Positions 29,147 to 40,270 of a stretch of DNA of 63,394 nt are shown piece by piece; position 1 is the first letter of the stretch; each line of letters opens with the position of its first letter. Origin of the DNA: a virus (taxonomy: Duplodnaviria; Caudoviricetes); the IMG/VR virus record IMGVR_UViG_3300017771_000005, positions 1-63,394 of that record. The stretch is one strand, 5' to 3'. The position numbers and the translations under genes are program-made. The notes beneath the pieces were generated by a model, which searched no databases, was not told the DNA's origin, and worked only from the letters and a program-made list of their open reading frames with translations.

Positions 29147-30238
29147 TTAGTTGGAGTCGAAAGTTAGATTCGTTGAATCCTTACTGTATACAGTAGAATC
29201 AAATGTATCATCAAAGATAACTGGTGCACCTGCTGGAACGGTGTTACTAACAATAGCAGTCACGATTCCCACTGCAGGAGGTGCAGAGAATGTAACTGTT
29301 GGAGGTGCTGTGTATCCACCACCAGAACTTGTTACTGTGATTACACCAACAATTCCATCAGCGATTACCGTTGTTGCAGCAGCACCAACACCTCCACCAC
29401 CAACAAATGCAACTTCTGGTGCTACAGTGTAACCAAATCCGGGATTTGTGAGTAGAACTTGCTGTACTCTAGACTTGTCTGGATTGGGTTTACATAGATC
29501 AACAATCCCATCAATCATTGTGGCGATACCAACAGCAGTTCCTATACCAGGAGCAGCAGAGAATAGAATTGATGGAGTAGATGTGAATCCACCACCTCTA
29601 TTAGTTAGAGTGACCTTTCTTATACCATCGTTAACAATTCCAGTATAAGCAGATGCTGTGCTACCAATACCAGTTAGAGTTAAATCTAAACTAAATCCAG
29701 TATCAATTGTAATATCATCAATATCATCAATTCCAGTATCAATAACCTCATCACCAATTCTGAATAGTGAGCAGGTTAATTCATAAGTATAATTCTTCTT
29801 TAATTGATAGAAAGGTTTTTCATGCTCAACATACTTAATTTCAAATAGTTTATCACCAAGTGGAAACCAAATCAAGTCTCCTTCCTTGGGTCTATCTGAT
29901 AATTTTATATTGGGTTTATTCTTAGTTAATGGAGCGATATAGTTCTCAAAACGCTCTCTAGAAATTGTAAGAGTTAAATCGTCTAGCTCTTGAATACCAA
30001 ATTTAGAAAGTATTGTTCCTTGATTTCCATATCCTTCAAATGTATTGACATACGCTTCAATGGGATATGAGTCATTGAACTCAGACTCAATAACTTCTCG
30101 TATTACAGTTGCTTCCGTTGCATAGGTTCTTGGTAGATAATAAACATCTATACCATGTATTTGAATGGTTTCATTTATTAATTCTTGAACAAGTGATTGT
30201 TCATTTCTAGAACCTTGTAGGAAAAACGGGTTGAGCAT
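29147..30238 (-). CDS. gp14: Neck (head-closure) protein, N-terminal part
   Basis: LNPFFLQGS..EQ.LVQ.LINE, G.DVYYLPR, RPKEGDLI.FP, LFEIKYVEHE.PFYQL; lacks the NPFG terminus and ends in FDS repeats. Confidence 0.9.
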   Translation of the reverse strand: MLNPFFLQGSRNEQSLVQELINETIQIHGIDVYYLPRTYATEATVIREVIESEFNDSYPIEAYVNTFEGYGNQGTILSKFGIQELDDLTLTISRERFENYIAPLTKNKPNIKLSDRPKEGDLIWFPLGDKLFEIKYVEHEKPFYQLKKNYTYELTCSLFRIGDEVIDTGIDDIDDITIDTGFSLDLTLTGIGSTASAYTGIVNDGIRKVTLTNRGGGFTSTPSILFSAAPGIGTAVGIATMIDGIVDLCKPNPDKSRVQQVLLTNPGFGYTVAPEVAFVGGGGVGAAATTVIADGIVGVITVTSSGGGYTAPPTVTFSAPPAVGIVTAIVSNTVPAGAPVIFDDTFDSTVYSKDSTNLTFDSN

Positions 30239-30242
30239 GTCC

Positions 30243-31100
30243 TTATCCGATCATGTCTAGGGGTGGAAGTTCATAAGTATTAGACATCTGTTCCATTATT
30301 GCATCAATTTCTCTTTGTCCATCATCGTATAGTTGTCTCCCGTTTAGTTGAACTCCACCAGGAAGAGAAACACCTTGGAACTTGATTAAATTTTGTCCCC
30401 ATTGCTTCTTAACTAGAGAAGTGACATACTTTTTCAAGAATGAGTCATTCCAAACTTGATCATAATCACTTGGATCTAACTGTCTCCAACAATCAATAAT
30501 GAGGTACTGTCCTTCTGTCAATGCACTCCAGTCAATATCCAAATACAACCTATCTTGTCTCTTATTGAATCTAATTTGTTTTTGAGTAGTGAGCAAGAAA
30601 TCAAGATCTTCAAGATAAGTCTTGGTCATTGCATAAGTTAATAGTTCAACTGAACTGAAATAATAAATGTCATTCAAGAACAACTGATATTTGATACTGA
30701 ACATTCCACTAGCAATGGAATTTGTTCCTTCAAATAAGAATAATTTATTTACGCCAATAATATGACTTGGGACTTGAATATAATTACTATTTTCTTCAAA
30801 GTTGAAGTCTACAGAATTAGTACTAATTCCAGAGGATGCAGGAGCAGTCCCTGTACTAGTAACAATACCAACAGCATTATTACCTCCTCTACTTCTTCCC
30901 CTAGCGATATCATCAGCAGTGACTTTATACTTCAAGAAAGTTTGGTATACACCATCAAAGTGTCGTTCTTGGAAAAATTGTATAGCATCATCAACTAAAT
31001 CATCAATTTGCTCTGCAGCAACATTAACCTCCAAAACTGGAGCACCAAGTTTCCTTAGCGCATAATCAACTAGTTCTTGTCGGGAAGTTGGAATTGCCAT
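30243..31100 (-). CDS. gp13: Neck protein (head-tail adaptor)
   Basis: YALR.LGAPV..VNV...Q..D, K.QWG.NL.KF.G..LPGGV.LNG. Confidence 0.95.
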   Translation of the reverse strand: MAIPTSRQELVDYALRKLGAPVLEVNVAAEQIDDLVDDAIQFFQERHFDGVYQTFLKYKVTADDIARGRSRGGNNAVGIVTSTGTAPASSGISTNSVDFNFEENSNYIQVPSHIIGVNKLFLFEGTNSIASGMFSIKYQLFLNDIYYFSSVELLTYAMTKTYLEDLDFLLTTQKQIRFNKRQDRLYLDIDWSALTEGQYLIIDCWRQLDPSDYDQVWNDSFLKKYVTSLVKKQWGQNLIKFQGVSLPGGVQLNGRQLYDDGQREIDAIMEQMSNTYELPPLDMIG

Positions 31101-31117
31101 TTTCTTTATCTACTATA

Positions 31118-31354
31118 CTATGTAGGTTTATTTGCAATTTTTAACAATAGATTTTTTATTTCACTAATTTCATTCTTAACATCACTCAATTCGGATCTCA
31201 ATGTTTCCATTTTCTCCTCTTCATTTTGTTGATGTTCCCTCTGCTTAATGTATGTATTATACGCATTAGAATCAGTATTCAGAATCGCATGTGAGGACTT
31301 TTCCCGAACTAAGTTTGGGTGACCATTCACTTTTATATGTTTTTGATCTTCCAT
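31118..31354 (-). CDS. Small coiled-coil hypothetical protein
   Basis: KV.GHPNLVR...S.AI.N.D with a C-terminal heptad; recurrent before g13 in cyanophages. Confidence 0.65.
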   Translation of the reverse strand: MEDQKHIKVNGHPNLVREKSSHAILNTDSNAYNTYIKQREHQQNEEEKMETLRSELSDVKNEISEIKNLLLKIANKPT

Positions 31355-34300
31355 TATGCAAGTGCGATTGCACTAATCTCTTTGATTCTTGGAGGATATG
31401 CTTGGTTAGTACTATTACCAATCACCTTAATACTAAAGTATTTGAATGATGGTAAATCATCAATGGTAAATTCATAATCTCTAAATGGCACATTCTCAGA
31501 TTCTAATACATCAGTCTTGACATATGACGTATCTGGTTTTCCATTATTATTTGCATCATTAATGATATTTCCATTCAGATCTATATTATCATATCCTGGG
31601 AAAGGATAGTAAACTGGATCATCTTCGCGAGAGTTGGAGATTGAATATAGAACTCTAACATCAGACAAGATATTAATATATGCTGCAAACCTTACTTTCA
31701 GAGATGTTGCGTTAAACTCTAGACTTACATCATCAGTAACATATGTAAACGCTGATGGGTCTCCATCGATGGTGGAAACTCTATCATCGGTTGCAAAGTT
31801 AGTAACCGCGTTATTAACTCTATTACTCACGAAGATACAAGAAATTCTATCCAGATCAATCATTGGAGACAATAGAGTATTCTCTGTCGTTAGATCAAGA
31901 GTCATTGTGAATGACTTCTTACCTGGGAATGCCTCATTAGTGAGTTTATTAGTCTCATTGATTTTAGATGCAACAATTCTAGCATCAGAAAGATAATTAT
32001 CCTCATTTAATTTAACATTATCAAATCCTTTATCAATGAAGGATGCTTCAGAGGAATTCATACTAGTTCCTGAAATCGTTCTAACTGCTGCAGTTACATT
32101 AGTACCATTAACTAGAACATACTGGACATTTGGATGAACGAGTTCAAATGGAATGTTCTGAGAAGCAAGAATATTGGATCCACCAGTAGACTTGGTATTA
32201 GTCAGATATAGTTTTGGATATGTGGTTCCAATACTTCTATTAACACCATTATTTGCCATGTCAATCTTAATATAATAATAATCTAGTCCGATTGGATTAG
32301 AGATGGTTGCATCACTCAAATCGTGCTCCTTATTAATTCTTCTGAGTGACACTCCAGAGTTCTCATACTTAAATACACGATCACCAGACTTATAAGAGAA
32401 TGATTTAGTTGAATCAATTCCTCTACTAATTCCAGTTAGATTGTTTCCACTGGTTCCGGTGTAAGAAATAATTTCACCATCAATAATAATATAACCAATA
32501 TTAGTTGCATCTACAGTTTGACCTTCAAAGATGTTGAATCCAGTTGTATTTGTAAGAGCAATATCTGAAGTTGAAGTATTGGAGTAATCTGCATCTAGAG
32601 TAGTTGGGAGACTATCTGAGGTAACATCAGTAATATCAACAAGGTTAAATTGTGAATGCATTCCATGATTTTGATGGATAATCTTCATATGAAGTCCATC
32701 ACTATTATCTTCAATTGAAGTAATCATTACATTTCCACCAGCACCACTATTGAGTGTGGTTAGTGTTCCAGAACCATTTTCGTATTGTAGGAACTTAGTT
32801 CCACTGATTTCAAAATCACCAACAACATTATCAATGATTAATTCATTATTAGAAAATAGTTCACCAACTGTTAGTTGTAGATTTCTACCCAAACTACTGG
32901 ATCCAAGATCACCAATAGTAACAACATCACCAACTCTATATCCAGTACCGCCATTGTTTATTGTTGCACCGACTGCAACACCGTTGGTAACAGCAATGTT
33001 TGCTGTTCCATTTCTACCCTTTCCACTAATTGCAATTAGAGGAATACTATTAAAGGTCAGTGATCCACTGGAAGGAGTATATCCAACTCCAGCGTTGGTA
33101 ATCGATAAAGTTCCAACCGCAGATCCCGCAGTTCCAACATAATTACCAAAAGCAGTGTTGCTACTTTGTTTGATTGTATTACCAAGAACAAGACCCGCAT
33201 CTTGAACAGTGGTTCCAAGACCGACTCTAATTTCTTTAGATGCTGCGATTACTGAATTGGATCCCAACTTAATTACCTGTGAATTTCCAAGATTGAGTTC
33301 TGGGTTATAGAAGGTAATATTTCCTGCAGTGCTAGTAAACTTAGCATTGCGTAAAGTGAACTTAAGATCCTCATATTGACTTGGTGTCCAAGTAGAACCA
33401 TTCTGTGATTTAAATAGAGATCCAAGGTTAGGTTGTTCAGTTACAACAATCTGCTGAGATTCGGGTCCAGAAGCAGTTGTAATATCAACTTCACCAAGTC
33501 TAGAGATGAATACGGTATACTCTTTAGAATTGGATAGTAATACTAGAGCATATTCAGTTTGTGGATTTAGATAAACGGGAGATTCAAATGTAATTGTTGT
33601 TGGTACAGAAGCATCATCGGATAGACTGATGTCATCTGGATTTATGACCACTCTTGAGAATGGTAGAACTTCTTCAGTTGGTAAACCAATAGAGACTGTT
33701 CTAATTTCAAAGAATGCTGGGAGTTTGGTATCCTTCTTACCAAAGAATACATCACAACTAGTAACCAATGCACCATCTTCACTAGTTAAGAATGTTTGTG
33801 CAAGAGGGTCACATCTTCTTGCTCTTCTTAAAGTCCTTTCTGCTGCAACAGATTGTGTTGAGAACTCTGCACTTCTAGTGGATACAATTTTTTCCTGTAC
33901 GTTTTGCAGTGTTCCTCTAGATGTAAATGTAGTTTCTGCAGTTGACCCGGTTGGATCATATGCAGTGCTATTTGTAGAACTTGAAGTTAGAATAAATTGA
34001 GACTCACCAGTCTCAAAATCTGGATTAGTTGGTAAATTTGGATCAGGAATAAACATTGATCCAATTACTACACCAATCTCATCCGTTACCAATTGAACAT
34101 CAGATACAGTTGCTTCTGCACCACTTGTTTGTCCCTGTAAGATATAATTTTTCCTCAAGAATCCATAGAAACTACCAACTGCTTGCTCTTGCAGTGAGAA
34201 AGTGTCAATGTTGATTGTGCTAGAAGTTGGAGAGTAATTAGCAGCAATTTTGGTATTTCTGTCGTATGGATTTGTGGTGAAAATATCTGTTGCAATAGTA

Positions 34301-37300
34301 ATGTCACCATATTTGTGATTAGACTTTGCAGTCTTAAATTTCATAGTTACAGTCTTTGCTGCATCATTTTTTCTGACAACAACAGTTTCACCAATATTGA
34401 AAGTTCCAGAGACCATCTGAATCTGTACTAATTTTGGTACAGAGAACTTAGACATATCCACTTCAGCAAAGAATGGATATAGTCTGGTAAGAGGTCTTTG
34501 TCCTTTTGAAGTGAATTCAATATTTCTGGACCTCATGGTGGTGATGACTTCTGTGCTAACCACAGAATCTCCCTGAGACTGATTAGTAACTTTTTCAGTT
34601 AATACAGTTTGCTCACCCTCTCTTCTTTGTCTAGTTTCGGTAACTCGTAATCTCCTAGATGGTCTTGTAGTTCTAGACCAAAGAGTATTCCAGGATCCCC
34701 ATTTGACTGGACCTAATCCATTTTGATCGAAACCACCTTCAAGTTGAAGTTGTTGTTTTACGGAAGTATAGTTATCAACTTCAATAATATTTGGTTTTAA
34801 TCTATTTGTATCAATCCAAGTATCACTTTCTGGAATTAATTCAATAGTTCCCTCATATGCAATAACCAAGAATGGAGTTACACTTTCTTGTCTAGTGGCA
34901 AATGGTTGACTACGATAGACTTCTTGATCATAATCAAGCGTGATCATTCTTCCAGTACGCTTAATACCATTTGCAACTAAATCAGAATCAGCAATTGTTG
35001 AAATATCTGCATTTGGATTGGATGTAGTACCAATACCAATAATGCTACTAGATCCAATTAATAGATCTACAGAAGTACAATAGTGAGATGGTCTTAACTC
35101 TCTTTTTTCTGTATCGACAGAGTTTTTAACAGCATGATTCTTATTCTGGATGTCATTACTAGTAAAATTATCAACTAAGAATCCAGATTTAAATCTATTT
35201 TTTCCAGATGAATCTTGAATTTGTAGAGATTCAGTTTTTACTTCAAGTAAAGATAGTGTAGTGTAGAATTCTAAGTTAGAAATTCTATTTTCAAGTGCTG
35301 CAATATCTTTCATACGATATCGCTTATGTTCTGTTAGGAGTATTCTTGCATCCTCAACATTACACAAGTATGGTGGAAGTGATACGACGGCAACTTCCAT
35401 TGCATTGTCAATATTGGCGGGTTCAATTGGATCGACTGATGGTTCACCTTCAACAATTTGGAACTTGCCTTGTCTATCTAAGAATACTTTGTCAATTCTT
35501 CCAAGATAATGTGATATTGTAGATACAATAGATTCATCCGATGCTAAAATATTTCTAGCAGTTCCCACGGAAGAGAAAGTTCTACCATAGAATTCGAATG
35601 GTGATCTGGTATTTACTGCAGGAGTATACTCCGCTACTCTTGGTCTGATGTCAATAATATCATGGTTTGAGATATCTCTAATCTTTGGAATATCACAGTA
35701 ATCATACTGAACATATGAATTTGCTGTTACAAAATCTTCAGTATCCGAATCATCAATAGAACCATGCTCAAAAATAATTTTTAATCTTTTTGTTGCTGGA
35801 GAAGCATCATCTGCTCTTACAATTTTAGAATAATCATATATGGTGTCCTTATAGTTAGACTCTAAGGTATAATTATTTGTGATATTATTATCACCCAAAG
35901 TAATAGCATTAACTTGCCCATTGACTCCGGAACGATCAAAATCCACAAACTCATCGTACTCAAACCTAGACTCATTCAAATAAACAACACTAATTGTTAG
36001 TGCATCAATTTTCTCAGCATAAACCGCTACAGCATCTGAGTTTCTTCCGGTAATCTTTTCACCGATAATCATATCATCAGTGGTTGCATTAGGACCACTG
36101 AGGGCAGTCAGTCCAATTCTTTCTAGATCTGGATCCGTTTCATCCGAAGACTCAATAACTGCTATTAGTTTTGATGCATCTGGATGATTGAGTGAAATTT
36201 CTGCGTCTTGTACTCTAGTTCCATATGGATAGTTTCCATATGTGAGTCCATCACCCAATGTAGTTGATCCAATACCAGAAGATCCTCTCGCTGACTTATC
36301 AACAATAATGGTCTTAATGATATTTCTATTCTTAATTTTTGCCTTAAGATTAGTTTTTGTTAGAGTTGCAATAAGTTTAGAATTACTATCATCTGTCCCC
36401 AAACCATCAATAACTAAAGTTGATCCACCACCAGAAATGGTAAACTTATCTGAGGTCAATACTTCGTTAGTACCATCACTTCTAGTTAAGACATATCTTT
36501 CCTCATCAAATGGCAAGAAGGTCTCATTTAAACCAGCAGAAATGCTTCCAGTAGCATTTCCAGTAATGGATACAGAGAATTCTTTTCTAATTACTGCGGT
36601 TGCACCAGTAAGATCAACATCAGAAACATATTCCTGAGGCAACTTGGTGAATAGTGTATCATCAGAAGATGGATTGAATTCTGTTGAAAGAATTTTAAAG
36701 TCTGATGGCGTTATATTAGATGTTGGCAAATCACCATTGCAAACACCTCCTACATCTTCTACTGCTACAATGTTTGCAGTCTTATTCCCAATACTAGAAA
36801 TTCTTCCAAAAGATGGTAGTGTTTCACCAGGATCGGAATAGGATACAATATCACCAACCTTTGCTTTAGAACTGAATTGGAAGGAACTGGAAGTCACAAT
36901 ACCAGCAGTAGATACTTGAACCGAACCCACTTCAATTACTGGAACTTGCTTCACGTCTGCAGTAAAGGTGGAAGCAGATCCAACAATACCATAAACAGAT
37001 TTTACATCAGATATAGAGTGCTCTACAAGGGATGTACTAGTTCTAGTTTCATCAGTAGAATCAAATTCAAGGCGTTCTCCCGCTAGGAATCTTCCTTTGA
37101 TTTCATATGCGGTAACAATGCCACTATTTGATGCTTCATATCTTAGGAATCCAACTGCACCACTAGATTTTCCAATAATTCTAGTTGGGATAGACAGACT
37201 AACATTTTGATTTATAGTTAGATCAGTATATGGTTGAATATCAAATAGGGAGATATCGAAAACATTACTATCTGGAAGTGCGGAATCGTATGATCCAGAC

Positions 37301-38628
37301 TCTAAAGCAAAGTCATATACTCTCGCAACGCCGATCTCTTTTCCTACCTGTGCTGTTTGATCAGATCCAACTCTCTCACTACGGAGACTTATAATTGTTG
37401 GGGAAGCAATATCTAGTTTTGGAGATCCATATACTCTGTTTAATGATAGTGTTGATCCAGTGAAGTAATTGGTACTTTGATCACTTACCGTTCTGATAGT
37501 TCTTGGTTTTGGAAAGTCAATGAGTGAAGTTGCATTCTTAGGAATCTCAAATCCTCTTACATATGCCTTACCTGGGGAGATTTTATATGTCGCTAAATCA
37601 TCCGTTGGGACATTATTTTGTGTAGTTAACTGTCCAGCATTAAAGATACCACCATTTCCAAGTAAGTCATTAAGCGTTTCCTTAGCAACAATATTAAATG
37701 GTTTTACATAGTAATTTCCGGATTCATCATAAGTTCTTCTCGCTAATTCTTCAGCAATAGGAGAAAATGTATTAGATGAATTATCAACAATAACCCCATT
37801 ACGGAGTTCAAATAGTTGAACGAAACTAGGATACTCATCACTAGTTACGGATTTCTTTACTAAAGTAGTAGAAATTTTAAATCTGTCTGCTCCAGGTGCG
37901 GAGAAGTTATTAAACCCTCTGGCATTATCTGATAGTGATGAATCATCGTCTGCAGTGACGACAGACTCAACAACTTCTAGACCAACTTTGTATGTTGGTG
38001 TATTACCATGAGGATCTAGAATTAGAGTCTGGTCGTAAACTTGAACGAAGTTTCCTCTGATATAATATACACCTTCACTAAGAATTACTGCAGATCCAGT
38101 AGTTGACGCATTATTATTAATAGTGCTTGCAAATCCCTGTCCAGAATCAATGACTATAGATGAAGTAGATATTCCATCTTCGAGAAGTAAAACTTCATTG
38201 TCAGCAAAAACTTCTGCACCTGCAGCACCAGTTTCAAGATAATTAATATAAAAAGTTATAGTATTTCTTTCTGCTCTTTCATCAAGATAATATGAAATAG
38301 ATGCAGTAACTCCAGAATTTTGTCCCTTTATAACCTTCCCAACAAGATCTTGCCCATAAGTGGACACAAGAACCCCCAAAAACTCAGGTTCTACTTCTAC
38401 AGCAAATAAATCCTGAATATAATTGGTGGCACCAGGAATAATTACCTGACCCTCTTTAAAGAAATAATCACCAAACTGCTCAGTTTGATTCTGAAGAATA
38501 GTTTGTAAGGTGGTTAGTTCTCTGGATTGAATTGGATATCCAGGTTTGAACAAGACCTGATAAAAATTCTTGCTAGAATCAAAGTCGTCAAAATATGGTG
38601 ATACGTTTAGATTAGTTTCCTTAGGCAT
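31354..38628 (-). CDS. Large structural protein, DUF4815/VrlC-like
   Basis: NLNVSPYFDDF, LFKPG.P.Q.RELT.LQ, APGADR, LARRTYDESG.Y, DPLAQTF, LFKSQN. Confidence 0.88.
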   Translation of the reverse strand: MPKETNLNVSPYFDDFDSSKNFYQVLFKPGYPIQSRELTTLQTILQNQTEQFGDYFFKEGQVIIPGATNYIQDLFAVEVEPEFLGVLVSTYGQDLVGKVIKGQNSGVTASISYYLDERAERNTITFYINYLETGAAGAEVFADNEVLLLEDGISTSSIVIDSGQGFASTINNNASTTGSAVILSEGVYYIRGNFVQVYDQTLILDPHGNTPTYKVGLEVVESVVTADDDSSLSDNARGFNNFSAPGADRFKISTTLVKKSVTSDEYPSFVQLFELRNGVIVDNSSNTFSPIAEELARRTYDESGNYYVKPFNIVAKETLNDLLGNGGIFNAGQLTTQNNVPTDDLATYKISPGKAYVRGFEIPKNATSLIDFPKPRTIRTVSDQSTNYFTGSTLSLNRVYGSPKLDIASPTIISLRSERVGSDQTAQVGKEIGVARVYDFALESGSYDSALPDSNVFDISLFDIQPYTDLTINQNVSLSIPTRIIGKSSGAVGFLRYEASNSGIVTAYEIKGRFLAGERLEFDSTDETRTSTSLVEHSISDVKSVYGIVGSASTFTADVKQVPVIEVGSVQVSTAGIVTSSSFQFSSKAKVGDIVSYSDPGETLPSFGRISSIGNKTANIVAVEDVGGVCNGDLPTSNITPSDFKILSTEFNPSSDDTLFTKLPQEYVSDVDLTGATAVIRKEFSVSITGNATGSISAGLNETFLPFDEERYVLTRSDGTNEVLTSDKFTISGGGSTLVIDGLGTDDSNSKLIATLTKTNLKAKIKNRNIIKTIIVDKSARGSSGIGSTTLGDGLTYGNYPYGTRVQDAEISLNHPDASKLIAVIESSDETDPDLERIGLTALSGPNATTDDMIIGEKITGRNSDAVAVYAEKIDALTISVVYLNESRFEYDEFVDFDRSGVNGQVNAITLGDNNITNNYTLESNYKDTIYDYSKIVRADDASPATKRLKIIFEHGSIDDSDTEDFVTANSYVQYDYCDIPKIRDISNHDIIDIRPRVAEYTPAVNTRSPFEFYGRTFSSVGTARNILASDESIVSTISHYLGRIDKVFLDRQGKFQIVEGEPSVDPIEPANIDNAMEVAVVSLPPYLCNVEDARILLTEHKRYRMKDIAALENRISNLEFYTTLSLLEVKTESLQIQDSSGKNRFKSGFLVDNFTSNDIQNKNHAVKNSVDTEKRELRPSHYCTSVDLLIGSSSIIGIGTTSNPNADISTIADSDLVANGIKRTGRMITLDYDQEVYRSQPFATRQESVTPFLVIAYEGTIELIPESDTWIDTNRLKPNIIEVDNYTSVKQQLQLEGGFDQNGLGPVKWGSWNTLWSRTTRPSRRLRVTETRQRREGEQTVLTEKVTNQSQGDSVVSTEVITTMRSRNIEFTSKGQRPLTRLYPFFAEVDMSKFSVPKLVQIQMVSGTFNIGETVVVRKNDAAKTVTMKFKTAKSNHKYGDITIATDIFTTNPYDRNTKIAANYSPTSSTINIDTFSLQEQAVGSFYGFLRKNYILQGQTSGAEATVSDVQLVTDEIGVVIGSMFIPDPNLPTNPDFETGESQFILTSSSTNSTAYDPTGSTAETTFTSRGTLQNVQEKIVSTRSAEFSTQSVAAERTLRRARRCDPLAQTFLTSEDGALVTSCDVFFGKKDTKLPAFFEIRTVSIGLPTEEVLPFSRVVINPDDISLSDDASVPTTITFESPVYLNPQTEYALVLLSNSKEYTVFISRLGEVDITTASGPESQQIVVTEQPNLGSLFKSQNGSTWTPSQYEDLKFTLRNAKFTSTAGNITFYNPELNLGNSQVIKLGSNSVIAASKEIRVGLGTTVQDAGLVLGNTIKQSSNTAFGNYVGTAGSAVGTLSITNAGVGYTPSSGSLTFNSIPLIAISGKGRNGTANIAVTNGVAVGATINNGGTGYRVGDVVTIGDLGSSSLGRNLQLTVGELFSNNELIIDNVVGDFEISGTKFLQYENGSGTLTTLNSGAGGNVMITSIEDNSDGLHMKIIHQNHGMHSQFNLVDITDVTSDSLPTTLDADYSNTSTSDIALTNTTGFNIFEGQTVDATNIGYIIIDGEIISYTGTSGNNLTGISRGIDSTKSFSYKSGDRVFKYENSGVSLRRINKEHDLSDATISNPIGLDYYYIKIDMANNGVNRSIGTTYPKLYLTNTKSTGGSNILASQNIPFELVHPNVQYVLVNGTNVTAAVRTISGTSMNSSEASFIDKGFDNVKLNEDNYLSDARIVASKINETNKLTNEAFPGKKSFTMTLDLTTENTLLSPMIDLDRISCIFVSNRVNNAVTNFATDDRVSTIDGDPSAFTYVTDDVSLEFNATSLKVRFAAYINILSDVRVLYSISNSREDDPVYYPFPGYDNIDLNGNIINDANNNGKPDTSYVKTDVLESENVPFRDYEFTIDDLPSFKYFSIKVIGNSTNQAYPPRIKEISAIALA

Positions 38629-38634
38629 AATTCT

Positions 38635-40212
38635 TTAAAATTGCAAGATTATCTTGATATCCTCTTTTTGGTTGGCAGATCTTGTAATTGACGTTCTGTT
38701 GTCGATGTGGATTATCTCACCAGAATACTGTTTAGCTTCAGGATTCGCTAATCCCTTGACAAAACTCTGTCCCAAGTAGTATGTCCTATTATTTATTACA
38801 GTACTTATACCCGGATTACTGACAGTGCCAAAGTCTGTATCAATTTCTAAATTATTTGTTCCACCCTCAACTGTGATGAAACTTCCGTCAGAGGCACTGA
38901 AAGAATTCAGAGAATAACCATAAGTTGGATTAATAATCTGACCTGCAGTATTAATTCCAGCAACAGTTCTATCTTGCCAATACTTTAGAACTCCAGTAGT
39001 ATTATCATAAGATACGACTCTACCAACAGCGGTAGTCCCAACACCGACTGTTTGAGTAATTAAAGAATTATTAGTGAAAGATGTAGTTTGATATAGGTCT
39101 CTGTTACCAGAAGGACCTTTTAAAAATACTGCACGAACACCACTTGCCTTATCCAGAGTCAGTAACGATGTTGAATCATATGCCTGTGGATTCTGTACAA
39201 CTCCGACTCTTGCGATCTTATTACCAATGGTAAAGTCTGGGTTCTCGGTGTCATTCTCAATTCTTGAATAAAGGAGAACATTTTTTGCACCAAGTTCGCG
39301 ATAAATGTCATATCCGTGTCCTATTGATGGTGGAATAATAACATTAAATGTTGGATCTGTTCCCGCTGTTGGGAAAGATCCAGTCTTTCTTAAATCAACA
39401 ACTCCGAATGTATATCCAGATCCGCCACTAGTTACAGTGATAGATTCAACTTTAGAATCATTATTGGTAACAATTGTACACTTTGCACCAGTTCCGTCTC
39501 CACTGATGGGGATGTCTGTATATACTCTGTTTCTTACACCAACACTCTCACCACGGTTGGTGATAGTAATCACTTTAATCTGGCCACCAGTGCTGGCATG
39601 ATTTCTGATTTGATCGTAGTTAGTGTTAGTAAACCAATCCTTTGGAACTGGAATAAAGTTAATTGACTCAAACTTGATAATTTCTGATGGTTTCAAAGTA
39701 TAAAGATACTTCCAGATATATCCATCTCCACTACCACCTGCTGCTCTTGGATCAAGGTCGGTATGAACAGGTTCATCTAGTGATGGTTTTCCAGAAGGAT
39801 TTTCTGGGTCTACACCATTTCTTAGACAGATGTAAACTCTGAAATCGCTATTCAGAACATAATAAGGAGCACTATAGAGATTAGTTACATCTGATGGTTT
39901 AGATAAATTATCTCTGTTAATGTCTGGTCTGTACATGTCATATACAGTTCCAGATTGCCACGAATACTTTCTAATAGAAAGTTGAACGTCATCGGAGTTA
40001 ATTTTCTTAAGAGCAATAATGGTATCCCATACCTTATTCTCTTCATCAAAGCAATCCTTGGGTGCTGGAGGACCAGATTCCCAATTATTGTTCAAATCTG
40101 TTGGATTTGGTAGACCAATAAAGGTATAGTAAGAATTCGTAGAAGATTCAACTTCTGCTACGAAATCTCTTGCTTTTTGTATCCTAAACTGGTTTGTTAT
40201 AATTGCTGACAT
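38635..40212 (-). CDS. gp8: Baseplate wedge subunit
   Basis: MSAIIT.QFR, RVYICL.N, DGYIWKYLYT, YSGEI..IDNR..I.R...QKEDIKII.QF. Confidence 0.92.
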   Translation of the reverse strand: MSAIITNQFRIQKARDFVAEVESSTNSYYTFIGLPNPTDLNNNWESGPPAPKDCFDEENKVWDTIIALKKINSDDVQLSIRKYSWQSGTVYDMYRPDINRDNLSKPSDVTNLYSAPYYVLNSDFRVYICLRNGVDPENPSGKPSLDEPVHTDLDPRAAGGSGDGYIWKYLYTLKPSEIIKFESINFIPVPKDWFTNTNYDQIRNHASTGGQIKVITITNRGESVGVRNRVYTDIPISGDGTGAKCTIVTNNDSKVESITVTSGGSGYTFGVVDLRKTGSFPTAGTDPTFNVIIPPSIGHGYDIYRELGAKNVLLYSRIENDTENPDFTIGNKIARVGVVQNPQAYDSTSLLTLDKASGVRAVFLKGPSGNRDLYQTTSFTNNSLITQTVGVGTTAVGRVVSYDNTTGVLKYWQDRTVAGINTAGQIINPTYGYSLNSFSASDGSFITVEGGTNNLEIDTDFGTVSNPGISTVINNRTYYLGQSFVKGLANPEAKQYSGEIIHIDNRTSITRSANQKEDIKIILQF

Positions 40213-40270
40213 CGATTTTTATCCAGAGGATTGCCAATTATTAAGTGTGTATTTATTTATTAGGTTAAAT

